Source of the DNA: an uncultured Desulfobacteraceae bacterium
GTDB lineage: Bacteria; Desulfobacterota; Desulfobacteria; Desulfobacterales; 4572-123
Assembly: GCA_964522985.1 (NCBI GenBank)
Contig: CAZFXX010000001.1
Coordinates: 1-50,517 of the forward strand
Reading direction: 5' to 3'
Length of the DNA stretch: 50,517 nucleotides
Numbering within the stretch: position 1 is the stretch's first letter; each line of letters opens with the position of its first letter. The notes below the pieces were generated by a model. The model saw only the letters and a program-made list of their open reading frames with translations, did not search any database and was not told the DNA's origin. Below are positions 9,672 to 19,121 of this stretch, piece by piece. A program made the position numbers and the translations under genes.

Positions 9672-10625
9672 ATGACTTTTGAATTTTTCAAAACACGGGG
9701 TGTGTTTTATCGCTGTACTTTAATATTTATCCTTTTGGTGGCATTTAGCTTTTTGGCTTCAGGCTGCTCCATGGTTTCCAATGCCAAAAAAGGAACGAAA
9801 AAAATTGTCAGAAATTTTAAATCCTCTGATGGGAAATTATCCAAAAAAATCGGCATTGCCCTGTTTGAGGATGCGGCCAATCTTGCAGACCGGAATTATG
9901 CATTGAGTATACAGACGGGTCTTGCCACAGCTCTTCGAGAGGAATGTCCCCAATTCCGTCTTTTAAGACAGGGGCATAAAGGCTATCCTGTGGAATTATC
10001 CGGGTTTCCGAAAATGGCCGATGGCAAAGTAGATATTCTCGATCTGATTGCCAAAGGACGCAAATATGGATTTGAGGCCATTGTGGACGGCAGGCTGATG
10101 GATATCGGATCTACGGAAAAAAAAAACGGCATCCTGTGGTTCAAGGATACCACCCGTTTTCTTCAGGTGCATATTTTAGTGGAAGTCTATGATATGGAAA
10201 CCGGGGCCAAACTTCTGGATGAAACTTTTTCACACAAAATAGAAATAGATGCGATGGACGCCCTTGATTCGGTCAAAAAGGCATATGCACCGGCAATCAG
10301 TGCGGCCGTTGAAGAAATTTTACCAATCATGGGCGATAAAATATGTGACATAATCAGTGCCAGCGCCTGGCATGGGTTTGTGTCTTCAACCGATGGGGCC
10401 AAAATTACACTATCTGCCGGTGAGCAGGCAGGATTGAAGGTCGGAGATGAACTTGCTCTTTTTTCAGGTGCCGAGACCATCAAGGGTGCCGGAGGCCAGC
10501 AGTTTATGATTCCGGGGATAAAGAGTGGGAAAATCAGAATCACCACCGTTTTTCCAGAAACATCTGAAGCGATTCTGGTTAACGGTGACGCTGTAAAAAA
10601 GGGTGATGTAGTCAGGGCCAGGTGA
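9672..10625 (+). CDS. Hypothetical lipoprotein
   Basis: 317 aa with a signal peptide and lipobox (FLASGC). No family recognised. Confidence 0.6.
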   Translation: MTFEFFKTRGVFYRCTLIFILLVAFSFLASGCSMVSNAKKGTKKIVRNFKSSDGKLSKKIGIALFEDAANLADRNYALSIQTGLATALREECPQFRLLRQGHKGYPVELSGFPKMADGKVDILDLIAKGRKYGFEAIVDGRLMDIGSTEKKNGILWFKDTTRFLQVHILVEVYDMETGAKLLDETFSHKIEIDAMDALDSVKKAYAPAISAAVEEILPIMGDKICDIISASAWHGFVSSTDGAKITLSAGEQAGLKVGDELALFSGAETIKGAGGQQFMIPGIKSGKIRITTVFPETSEAILVNGDAVKKGDVVRAR

Positions 10626-10748
10626 TCCGCTGTCCAGAGGGAATAATTGAAAACTGAATAATCAAGACATTCTATCGATCTTAATAGAAAAGGCAGAGCG
10701 GATCGATACCACAAACTTGCCATTTTCCCGATTCAATTTAATTCCGGC

Positions 10749-11801
10749 TCAGGAATGCTGGTAATTTACCCTATACACGGTCATCGGTTCATCGATTCCC
10801 TTGACCCTAACAGGGGGCAGGGCCATGGCATCAAACCTGCCCTCAATTTTTGAATAGGTCTCTTCGCTGATCAGGATTTCCCCCGCCTCCGCCATAGCCT
10901 GAAGCCGGGATGCAATATTAACCGCCATTCCAATCGAAGAAAATTCCTTTTTCCTCAAAGAACCGAGAATGCCTGAAAAAACAATTCCGGTGGCAATGCC
11001 GATGCCCACCTTGAGACGCAGACCCTCTTCTGAGGCCAGGCGTTGATCTATGCGATGGGCCTTGATCTGCATGGCAATAGCTGAGTCCACAGCCCTCATG
11101 GCATCATCATCATGAGTTACGGGAGAGCCGAAAACCACCATGATACTGTCACCAATATGTTTGTCCATGGTGCCGTTAAACGCATATGCAATCTCTCCCA
11201 TAGGCGAAAAAAAATGGCCGTTTAAAAAGGCGGCTATTTTTTCCGGAGGCGCCGTTCCGGACATCCTGGTGAAGCCGCGGATATCGGAAAACAGGACCGA
11301 CACCTCATTGAAGCGCGGCAGCAGGGCTTCGGGTGAATTGTCGATTTCCTGGTAAATCTGTTCGGGAATAAACTGCCGCAGGTGTTTGTGCACCATAATT
11401 CCATGGATTTTGGCCCGCAGTTCAAAGTTGTCAAACGGTTTTGTGAGAAATCCGTCCAGTCCCTCATTGGTAGCATTGATCGCAGCTTCCATGGTGGCGT
11501 AGCCGGTGAGGAGAATTCTCGTGACCTCCGGATTGAGGGCGCCAATGGCGGCAAGGGTTTCCATGCCGTCGAGTCCGGGCATCTTGTAATCGGAGATCAC
11601 CGTTGTCACATCATGGAGATGCGTTTTGATAAATTCGATGCCTTTTTCTCCGTTCTCAACAGTATGTATTTGATATGATGCTTTTTTAAGTGCTCTGGCA
11701 ATAGATCGCCGCACGCCTTCCTCGTCATCAATAAAAAGTAATCCGTTCATGATAAACCCTTTTTTATGGCCGGCAGACAGTGTCGAAACATCCTGGTGCA
11801 C
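10749..11801 (-). CDS. Response-regulator receiver fused to a class III adenylate/guanylate cyclase
   Basis: The REC domain shows LLFIDDEE...SDYKMPGLDG...K. The cyclase domain shows VSVLFSDIRGFT...GDSIMVVFG...GIGIATG. The more likely start is ATG at 11750 (MNGLLFIDD). Confidence 0.85.
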   Translation of the reverse strand: MHQDVSTLSAGHKKGFIMNGLLFIDDEEGVRRSIARALKKASYQIHTVENGEKGIEFIKTHLHDVTTVISDYKMPGLDGMETLAAIGALNPEVTRILLTGYATMEAAINATNEGLDGFLTKPFDNFELRAKIHGIMVHKHLRQFIPEQIYQEIDNSPEALLPRFNEVSVLFSDIRGFTRMSGTAPPEKIAAFLNGHFFSPMGEIAYAFNGTMDKHIGDSIMVVFGSPVTHDDDAMRAVDSAIAMQIKAHRIDQRLASEEGLRLKVGIGIATGIVFSGILGSLRKKEFSSIGMAVNIASRLQAMAEAGEILISEETYSKIEGRFDAMALPPVRVKGIDEPMTVYRVNYQHS

Positions 11802-12797
11802 TTACTGCATAAGTTTATGCCTATAGGCGTCGATAAGTTCCAGGGCTTCAGCTTCGAATGAAATATGTTTAATGGATTCACGGAAATTACTGCTGTGGGG
11901 AAGTCCTTTGACAAACCAGCCCAGTCGGCTGCGCAGCATATAGCAGGCGGGTTTCTCCCCTGAATATTCAACCGACAACCGGAGGTATTGTACCATAACT
12001 TCAAAACGGGATGCAAGATCAACCTGCAAAATGGGCTGTCCCTGCAACTGTGCAAGGGTTTGGGAGAAAATCCACGGGTTTCCGATGGCGATTCTTCCGA
12101 TCATAACCCCGTCACAGCCGGTGGTGTTGAGCATGGCAACAGCATCATCGGATTTTACAATATCTCCGTTGCCGATAACCGGTATATCGATCCGGTTTTT
12201 CATCTCGGTGATAACGGACCAGTCGGCAGTCCCCCTAAAACCCTGTGTCGATGTTCGGGGATGCACGGTTATAGCGTCGACACCGCAGGTTTCAGCAATT
12301 TTTGCAGTGATAAAGGCCTGCTCGGCGGATTTGCCCCAGCCGGATCTAATTTTTATGGTTACGGGAATTTTTACAGCTTTACGAACGGCATTCAGTATAC
12401 TTTCCGCTTTTTCAGGCGTTCGCATAAGGGCTGCCCCCGCCCCGGTTTTAACAATTTTTTTCACCGAACATCCAAAATTAATATCCAGTATGGCCGCTCC
12501 TGAAGATTCAACGATGGCTGCGGCATCTGCCATTATTGCCGGGTCAGATCCAAAAATTTGAACGCTCAGGGGTTTTTCCTGCAGCGTGCTGCACAGAAGC
12601 GCCATAGTTTTTCGAGAATTGTATACCAGGCCGTTGCTGCTGAGCATCTCGGAGCAGACCAGTGCACACCCTGCCGCTTTCATCAGCAACCGAAAGGGCA
12701 GGCTGGTAATCCCGGCCAGCGGTGCCATTACGGTAGGATTTTCCAGTGTAACAGCACCAATATTAATTTGCAGCGGATGATGGTTTGTTGCTTTCAT
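11802..12797 (-). CDS. dusB: tRNA-dihydrouridine synthase (DusB/NifR3 family)
   Basis: 331 aa. Motifs are VMAPLAGITSLPFR, DINFGC and ITVHPRT, with TIM-barrel flavoenzyme spacing. Confidence 0.8.
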   Translation of the reverse strand: MKATNHHPLQINIGAVTLENPTVMAPLAGITSLPFRLLMKAAGCALVCSEMLSSNGLVYNSRKTMALLCSTLQEKPLSVQIFGSDPAIMADAAAIVESSGAAILDINFGCSVKKIVKTGAGAALMRTPEKAESILNAVRKAVKIPVTIKIRSGWGKSAEQAFITAKIAETCGVDAITVHPRTSTQGFRGTADWSVITEMKNRIDIPVIGNGDIVKSDDAVAMLNTTGCDGVMIGRIAIGNPWIFSQTLAQLQGQPILQVDLASRFEVMVQYLRLSVEYSGEKPACYMLRSRLGWFVKGLPHSSNFRESIKHISFEAEALELIDAYRHKLMQ

Positions 12798-12982
12798 TTT
12801 ACTAATCTATTCATAGGCCCGGCATCAACGGTCACTAATTCGGAAAAAATTCTTTAATTTCCCCCATCGGAGCCCTATCCATAGTGCTGTGCATCAATAA
12901 TTTTCCACGATCATAGAAAAATGCGATTACCGACTGTGCGGGAGTCATATATACTTAAGGGTGCGTAATGCGGCTTATAAAA

Positions 12983-13333
12983 TTACTTTTTTTTTAAATC
13001 TTTCAGAGAAATGACCTGAGCTGTGCCACTACTTGTTGGGTCGGTTTCTTTTTGACTTTTTTTAAGGTCTGTTCCAGATGGCGGGTCCGCCGGGCAAACG
13101 ATCAGATCAAGGCGTATTTTTTTGCCGTTCATGGTGAATGTATCGCCGTTGATATAATCATTTTTTAAAACCCAGGTTGCAATTTGAAGCTGTGGTACCT
13201 GCAGCAGAAGCAGTTTTACATGATACCAGTCCGGTTTACCGTCCGGTGTAATATTTTCTATTCTGGCAAAAGTGATCGGTGTGTCTTCCATGTGAATCAG
13301 TACAATGTCGTTTTCCGTTGCCATTATATTCAA
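12983..13333 (-). CDS. Hypothetical protein
   Basis: A 116-aa ORF with coding-like composition. No family recognised. Confidence 0.45.
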   Translation of the reverse strand: MNIMATENDIVLIHMEDTPITFARIENITPDGKPDWYHVKLLLLQVPQLQIATWVLKNDYINGDTFTMNGKKIRLDLIVCPADPPSGTDLKKSQKETDPTSSGTAQVISLKDLKKK

Positions 13334-13359
13334 ATCCTCTTGTGTATGAATAACGGCTG

Positions 13360-14316
13360 TTAAGATTGCCGTTTTTTTTGCCGGGCGAGAAATTTACCGG
13401 CAAATTCTGCCGCCCGCGTTTTCGGGTAGCGATCAGTCAGCAATTGCCAGTTTGCGCCGGCTTTTTTAAAATGAGTGAGGTGATGGTGGCAAAGCCCGAG
13501 TTTCAGAAGCGTGTCAGGTATTTTGTTGCTGTCCCTGAATTTGGATAAAACCGCTTCAAAAGCCTCGACTGAAAGTTCATACTTCTGCTGCATATAATAG
13601 CATTCACCAATCCAGTACTGGGCGTTATCACTAAGGCTATCGATATAGGTAACAAGGTATTGCTGAAATATTTTCCGGGCCGCATCGTATTTTCTGGTCT
13701 GATAAAGATAAAAACCTTTACGATACAGATCCCCGGGGTCTTTCAGCAATGCCTTTTGAACGGGTTGTTTGATCTCTGCCGCCTGCCGGACAAACCTCTT
13801 TTTTTCTACTTGAAGTGTTTGCATTTTTGTTTTCAATTTTTCTGTGCCCTTCCTGAGCAGGGTGTTTTGAGCCTTTATCCGACCGGCTTCTTTTTCAAGT
13901 TGCTGATTTCGGTCTTTCAGATGGTCGATTTCAATCGTAAGCGATTTGTTCCGGGTACTTGGCAAGCTATTTTTTTCTGTCGTCTGGATAATGGCTTTTT
14001 CTGCAAGTTGTTTGGCGATTTGTGCATTCTGCAATGCCGTTTTGTTAAGCGCGGCCTTTCGCCGAAGATATATCAGCAAACGGTTCCGGGGCTCATTATA
14101 AAAATCTTCTTCAGCTATTTCATAAAGACGCTCGGCTTTTTCTATTTCCACTGGAGCGGCGATTTCAGCGCCCATTAATTTGGCTGAACGTATAGTAGCC
14201 TCTGCCTCAGCAAGGTTTTTTTCCGTCAGCCTGACCTGGTTTCCGGTACATCCGAAAACAAACAAAATTATTGCGATCGCAAAAATTAATTTTTTCATAC
14301 ATACCTCACTTTTCAT
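13360..14316 (-). CDS. Coiled-coil / TPR lipoprotein with a YbgF(CpoB)-like C-terminus
   Basis: Lipobox VFGCTG. A long coiled-coil region is followed by a C-terminal TPR stretch (YWIGECYYMQQKYELSVEAFEAVLSKF...LLKLGLCHHHL) typical of YbgF-like proteins. The start is possibly the internal MKKLIF. Confidence 0.6.
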   Translation of the reverse strand: MKSEVCMKKLIFAIAIILFVFGCTGNQVRLTEKNLAEAEATIRSAKLMGAEIAAPVEIEKAERLYEIAEEDFYNEPRNRLLIYLRRKAALNKTALQNAQIAKQLAEKAIIQTTEKNSLPSTRNKSLTIEIDHLKDRNQQLEKEAGRIKAQNTLLRKGTEKLKTKMQTLQVEKKRFVRQAAEIKQPVQKALLKDPGDLYRKGFYLYQTRKYDAARKIFQQYLVTYIDSLSDNAQYWIGECYYMQQKYELSVEAFEAVLSKFRDSNKIPDTLLKLGLCHHHLTHFKKAGANWQLLTDRYPKTRAAEFAGKFLARQKKRQS

Positions 14317-14729
14317 TAATGTGGAAACAGGGGTTTAAGGCGTTATTTCCAGTTAAAATTATCAGGTCGGTTTGGCCTTGTCAATATTTCTCCCTGATAG
14401 GCAAACACATCTAATTATTATCTCCTATTATTTCATCTGCTCGCGGAAATGAGGTCTATACACACAGGCTTCAGCACTTTAAAAAAAAGAGAAACCGACT
14501 CGGTACAACCGGTGCAGATTTCATTGGGCGGCGTTTTGATATTTTTTTCTTGAAATAGTTAATATGTTCCTGTAGATATGGCGCAAATAGACATGCCGGG
14601 TCTGCGTATCCTACATATTCTACCAGGCGGAAAAATTTTATCCCCCGGTATTTAAAACCCCCTGTTTCCGGAAAAACACAAAATTGTAGTGTCTGCACTG
14701 CATTATGACACTTCAGGTGAGGAAGGAAG

Positions 14730-15098
14730 ATGCCACGGATTCTTATTATTGATGATGATGATCTGATTCGCAAAATGCTGAGAGAGGTTTTGGAGCGGAG
14801 TGGATATGATGTCGAGGATGCCTCCGACGGCAAACAGGGTTTGCAGATATTCATGAAGAATCCGACGGATCTGGTTATCACCGACCTTGTCATGCCGGAA
14901 AAAGAGGGCATTGAAATCATTATTGAATTACGTCGGGATTTTCCCAATCTCAAAATTATTGCTATTTCCGGCGGTGGCACCGTGGGCGGCGGTCAGTACC
15001 TTGAGGTGGCGGGCAAACTTGGCGCTGATAAAATTCTGAACAAACCGCTGAAACTGAAACAGCTTGTTACAATAGTGAAGGATTTGCTGGAGAAGTAA
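14730..15098 (+). CDS. Single-domain CheY-like response regulator
   Basis: 122 aa. Motifs are RILIIDDDD, ITDLVMPEKEG and KPL. RBS gaggaaggaagATG. Confidence 0.8.
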   Translation: MPRILIIDDDDLIRKMLREVLERSGYDVEDASDGKQGLQIFMKNPTDLVITDLVMPEKEGIEIIIELRRDFPNLKIIAISGGGTVGGGQYLEVAGKLGADKILNKPLKLKQLVTIVKDLLEK

Positions 15099-15109
15099 GG
15101 ATTTCCCTG

Positions 15110-15997
15110 TTATTTCTTTTTCTTCAAAAGCCTGATACCCTCTTTGGTGATTATTATTTTTTTTTCCCGATAAAAGCGGCCGATAATTTGTTTAAAATTC
15201 TTTTTGCTCATCTGAAAGGCCTTGTAAATCTCGTCAGGACTGCTTTTATCATGAAGAGGCAAAAAACCATCGGTGTTTTCCAACGCCCGGATGATCTGTT
15301 TTTTTTGATCGTATAAGGTCCCGGGGCTGGGTTTTCCCGGCATATCAGAGACGTCTTTCCGCGGAATTTTAAAAACAGATTTTTTTAAAGTAACAACAAG
15401 CATACCGTCTTTAAGGATTTCCTTTACATAGGCCGTTTTTTGATCGCCGGTTTTCAGGGGTTCGAATACGTCTTGAAAATATAGCAGTCCATTATAGGCG
15501 TTATTCACGATGACCCGATATCCAATGTCTGCCCGGCCATAAACCAGAAGCCCGACCCGGTTGCCGGGTTTCACCCCCCCTGGTTTGTTTCTTAAAAACT
15601 CAGCGATATCGGCGGAGGCGGCGATCCGACGGGTTTCATGGTCCAGATACAACCGTACTACATAAAAGTTTCCTCTGATCATTTGATCGGACTGTTGGCG
15701 TGCAGGAACCAGCAAATCTTTTTCAAGGCCCCAATCCAGAAAAACACCCGATCCGGAGACATCTTTTACCTGTAGAAAGGCAAATTCACCGACCTGGGAC
15801 TTTGGGGTCACCGTTGTGGCAATTATGCGGTCTTCAGTGTCATTGTACACAAAAACCCTGATTCGATCGCCAACAGCCGTACCTGAGGGGACATACTTGC
15901 CCGGCAGCAAAATTTCCGCCATATCTGAAATCAGGTAAACCCCGAAACTTTCTATTCGTATAACCCGCAGCGTATTATAGTTTCCAATTTTAAGCAT
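15110..15997 (-). CDS. S1-domain RNA-binding protein (CvfB/YitL-like)
   Basis: 295 aa with repeated S1-like OB segments (G.YN.L.V.R....GVYL..., ...FLQV....G.GVFLDWG.EKDLLVP) and a basic C-terminal winged-helix-like tail. Confidence 0.65.
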   Translation of the reverse strand: MLKIGNYNTLRVIRIESFGVYLISDMAEILLPGKYVPSGTAVGDRIRVFVYNDTEDRIIATTVTPKSQVGEFAFLQVKDVSGSGVFLDWGLEKDLLVPARQQSDQMIRGNFYVVRLYLDHETRRIAASADIAEFLRNKPGGVKPGNRVGLLVYGRADIGYRVIVNNAYNGLLYFQDVFEPLKTGDQKTAYVKEILKDGMLVVTLKKSVFKIPRKDVSDMPGKPSPGTLYDQKKQIIRALENTDGFLPLHDKSSPDEIYKAFQMSKKNFKQIIGRFYREKKIIITKEGIRLLKKKK

Positions 15998-16130
15998 TGT
16001 TTTTTTTATTGGTTAAAAGGTTCGCTATATCAATTAAATACTGAATAAAGTGCGTATTGGCGATTTAGGGTATCTCTGCGTTTCATTATTCACATTGTTC
16101 ATTTTTCAATACCCATATAGTTTTGCCGGT

Positions 16131-16931
16131 TTATCTATTTTTTTTCGCATCGCCGTGGGGCCTGTGAAGTTGAAGCGGCACGACCGTGGATTTACGCAAT
16201 TGCGTATTCAGCAACTCCACAAAAAGGGAAAATGCCATAGAAAAATAGATATATCCTTTTGGAATATGCAGGTCCAGACCTTCCCCAATCAAGGCGACAC
16301 CAATCATCAGCAAAAAACTCAGGGCCAGAATCTTTATTGTTGGGTGGTTTTCAATAAACGTGCTGACGGTGCTGGATAATACCATCATAAATATCACGGC
16401 AATGACAATGGCCGCAACCATTATGATCAACTGATCGGTCAGACCTATGGCCGTAATGACGGAATCAAGCGAAAAAACAATGTCCAGAAGCATAATCTGA
16501 ATGATAACACTCATAAATGATGTGTTTTCCCGGTGCCCTCTCCGGTCATATGCCTGAGCTGAACCTTCGAGCGCTCCGTGAACTTCATGCGTACTTTTTC
16601 CCAGCAGAAACAGACCGCCGGTTATCAAAATGATGTCCCGACCGGATATCCCCTGGCCCAGAATCGTGAAAATCGGTTCGGTCAGGCGCATGATAAACGT
16701 TAATGAGAACAACAGGGCAATACGTGTTACCATGGCCAGCCCGAGGCCGATAATCCGGCCCTTGCCCTGCTGCCCTTTTGGCAGTCTGCCCGCCAATATG
16801 GCAATAAAGATGATATTATCAATTCCCAGAACAATTTCAAGGGCGGTAAGCGTGAACAGGGCTATCCAGATCCGGGGGTCTGCAAAAAATTCCAATGGAA
16901 TCCTCCTTTGTAGCATTGACATCCACTGCAC
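16131..16931 (-). CDS. TerC-family integral membrane protein
   Basis: 266 aa and multi-TM. The duplicated TerC signature is present (LGIDNIIFIAIL and FSLDSVITAIGL). Confidence 0.8.
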   Translation of the reverse strand: MQWMSMLQRRIPLEFFADPRIWIALFTLTALEIVLGIDNIIFIAILAGRLPKGQQGKGRIIGLGLAMVTRIALLFSLTFIMRLTEPIFTILGQGISGRDIILITGGLFLLGKSTHEVHGALEGSAQAYDRRGHRENTSFMSVIIQIMLLDIVFSLDSVITAIGLTDQLIIMVAAIVIAVIFMMVLSSTVSTFIENHPTIKILALSFLLMIGVALIGEGLDLHIPKGYIYFSMAFSLFVELLNTQLRKSTVVPLQLHRPHGDAKKNR

Positions 16932-16947
16932 TGGTGACAGCCATTTT

Positions 16948-17241
16948 TCAACGCTTGTTCGTATATGTCCTTATTTGTCGACCATTTAACAGGATTGTTA
17001 TCCGATTTTTGGAATCGGTACGGATTGCTGCGTTTGCCTGGCAATGACCGGCAAGTTCTCTATAAGTGCCCCGCAGATAGGTAAAGTCGCACGTTTCCAA
17101 TACGGTTTTCAAAAGATCAATTTGCCTTCCGAGTATTTCTTTCTCCCCGTTTGTTTTGAAATATTGAGAAATCGATTTATTATACAATTTTCTGACGGCT
17201 GTTTCGATGCAGTGATGTCTGAGGTCAAATTTGAGTATCAT
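16948..17241 (-). CDS. Hypothetical small protein (weak call; may instead be a leader region of the TerC gene)
   Basis: A 97-aa ORF between the radical SAM gene and the TerC gene with a GAGAG-type RBS. No family recognised. Confidence 0.3.
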   Translation of the reverse strand: MILKFDLRHHCIETAVRKLYNKSISQYFKTNGEKEILGRQIDLLKTVLETCDFTYLRGTYRELAGHCQANAAIRTDSKNRITILLNGRQIRTYTNKR

Positions 17242-17262
17242 GCATTATCTCTCATTTCTTTA

Positions 17263-18918
17263 TCAAAGATAATCAACCCATTTCCATCGAATCCCGGGGT
17301 TGGTATCAACTAAGGCCAGATTCCCGTTTTCAACCGCCAGTTTCAGGGTGTTGTATATCCGGTCTAAAGGAACCTTGACTGACATCTGAAGCCTGACAGC
17401 CAGCGTTTTCAGAGGATCTTTATCGGCTCCGGGACGGGCCTGATGCCAGGTTCCCTGTTTTTCAATCATACGGCCCATCATCAAATCATATATTAAAATA
17501 ATCCGTTCCAGGTTAACCAGCGGTTCGGCCTCTTTTGCCGTAGCCTCTCCCGCCTCGATCCGTTTTTTGATATGGTTCAGTTCATCATCATATTCGTTTT
17601 CCCATTTAATGACAATCTCGTCCATCATGGCCTGATTGGTTGCCGGTGTTTCCACGATGGCCCGGTTGGCGTGATATCGGGACCAGTCATGGGTCATTAT
17701 TTTAATGCCGTAGCGGTCACACTGGTCTCGAATTTCAGTTCCGGGAAACGGGGCAAGAAGATGGAAACCATAGGAAAGCCCCAGTTTTTTCATTTGAAGA
17801 CCAAACTCAACGGTTTCCCCGATGGTTTCCGGGGTTTCCCCAGGCAAGCCGAGAATAAAGGATCCATGGGGCATAATACCGGCCACATTGCACATCTTTA
17901 TGGCATCGACGACCTGTTTGAGAGTGATTCCTTTTTTAATGGTTTTCAGTATTTGGGCATTTGCGGATTCGATTCCAAAACTGACGGCCTGACATCCGGC
18001 ATCTTTCATTTTAACAAGTACGTCGATTGAGACTGTATCAACCCGGGCAAAAGAGGTCCATTTAACGTTCACATTACGTCTGATGATTTCATCGCAAACA
18101 GCATGGCAATGATTTTTGTTTGCAGTAAAAAGATCATCGGCCAGATTGATCTGGTGAAACCCGAGGGTGGACAGGTATTCCATTTCATCCACGACACTCC
18201 GGGCATTGCGGTAACGGACTTTTGAACCCACCATTTTGCGACCGACACAGAAGATGCAGTTAAAAGGGCAGCCCCGGCTTGAGGTCATGCTGATGGGCAT
18301 GCCCAAGGCCCGATACCGCCCCAGCGGAATCAAGTGGCGGGCCGGAAGCGGCAGCGCGTTCACATCGGTAAAAGGGCGGACGCCGGTGGTGACCGTCTTA
18401 GAACCGTCTCGATAGGCAATGCCTTTTATATCGGCCCGGTTGCACGCGCCCCGGGTCGCGCGGATCAGTTCAACAATCGTTTCTTCCCCTTCACCGATAA
18501 CGATAAAATCGAGTTCAGGATAAAGACCCAGGGTCTCCTGTGCGCAGAAGCTGACATGAGGCCCACCCATGACGGTAGTTATATTCGGATCAATGTCTTT
18601 GACATCCTTGACAATACCAATGGCATTGTCAAACGTCATGGTAACCGAAGTCAATCCGACAAAATCAGGCCGGAAACTGTTTAATTCGGTTTCAAGAATA
18701 TTTTTGCCGTAAGGATACACGACAAAATCTAGCACCTTTACATTTATGCCGGCTTTTTCCAGTACAGCGGCCAGAAATGCCAGGCCTAGCGGTGGTGACG
18801 GGGTTTCGGAGATAGGGTAAAAAGGGTTGATCAACAAAAATCGCATTACAGGCGCTCCCTGAGGTTTTAATAACGGCCATGCCTTTTCAGGCAAAAGCCA
18901 AAGATCTTGACAAGACAT
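17263..18918 (-). CDS. B12-binding-domain radical SAM protein, function unknown
   Basis: The N-terminal cobalamin-binding-like domain is followed by the SSRGCPFNCIFC CxxxCxxC cluster. The probable true start is ATG at 18846 (MRFLLINPF), preceded by AGGGAG. Confidence 0.8.
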   Translation of the reverse strand: MSCQDLWLLPEKAWPLLKPQGAPVMRFLLINPFYPISETPSPPLGLAFLAAVLEKAGINVKVLDFVVYPYGKNILETELNSFRPDFVGLTSVTMTFDNAIGIVKDVKDIDPNITTVMGGPHVSFCAQETLGLYPELDFIVIGEGEETIVELIRATRGACNRADIKGIAYRDGSKTVTTGVRPFTDVNALPLPARHLIPLGRYRALGMPISMTSSRGCPFNCIFCVGRKMVGSKVRYRNARSVVDEMEYLSTLGFHQINLADDLFTANKNHCHAVCDEIIRRNVNVKWTSFARVDTVSIDVLVKMKDAGCQAVSFGIESANAQILKTIKKGITLKQVVDAIKMCNVAGIMPHGSFILGLPGETPETIGETVEFGLQMKKLGLSYGFHLLAPFPGTEIRDQCDRYGIKIMTHDWSRYHANRAIVETPATNQAMMDEIVIKWENEYDDELNHIKKRIEAGEATAKEAEPLVNLERIILIYDLMMGRMIEKQGTWHQARPGADKDPLKTLAVRLQMSVKVPLDRIYNTLKLAVENGNLALVDTNPGIRWKWVDYL

Positions 18919-19060
18919 GAAAGTAATGAATGGTAAACAATGAGAGCAGCAAAACCGTCACCATATTTCTTGCAACTCAAAACACACATTTTTTACTTAT
19001 AAAACAGTATGGGCGAGAGAAAAGGCTGCCTGTCTACTCTGCACTGTTTTATTTTGCTAT

Positions 19061-19093
19061 AAAAAAAGGGATCCGAATACAACTTCGGACCCC
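19061..19093 (-). terminator. Rho-independent terminator downstream of fhs
   Basis: The minus strand reads GGGGUCCGAA-guugua-UUCGGAUCCC (10-bp stem, one G-U pair) followed by UUUUUUU. Confidence 0.7.
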
Positions 19094-19121
19094 TTTGAAT
19101 TACAATCGGGAAAAGCCCAAT

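Noticed and set aside
17242-17265. Possible selenocysteine (TGA) read-through joining the B12-radical SAM ORF to the in-frame 97-aa ORF
   Set aside because: The seven codons after the TGA (17263-17265) begin with TAA and include a second TAA, so read-through cannot fuse the ORFs.
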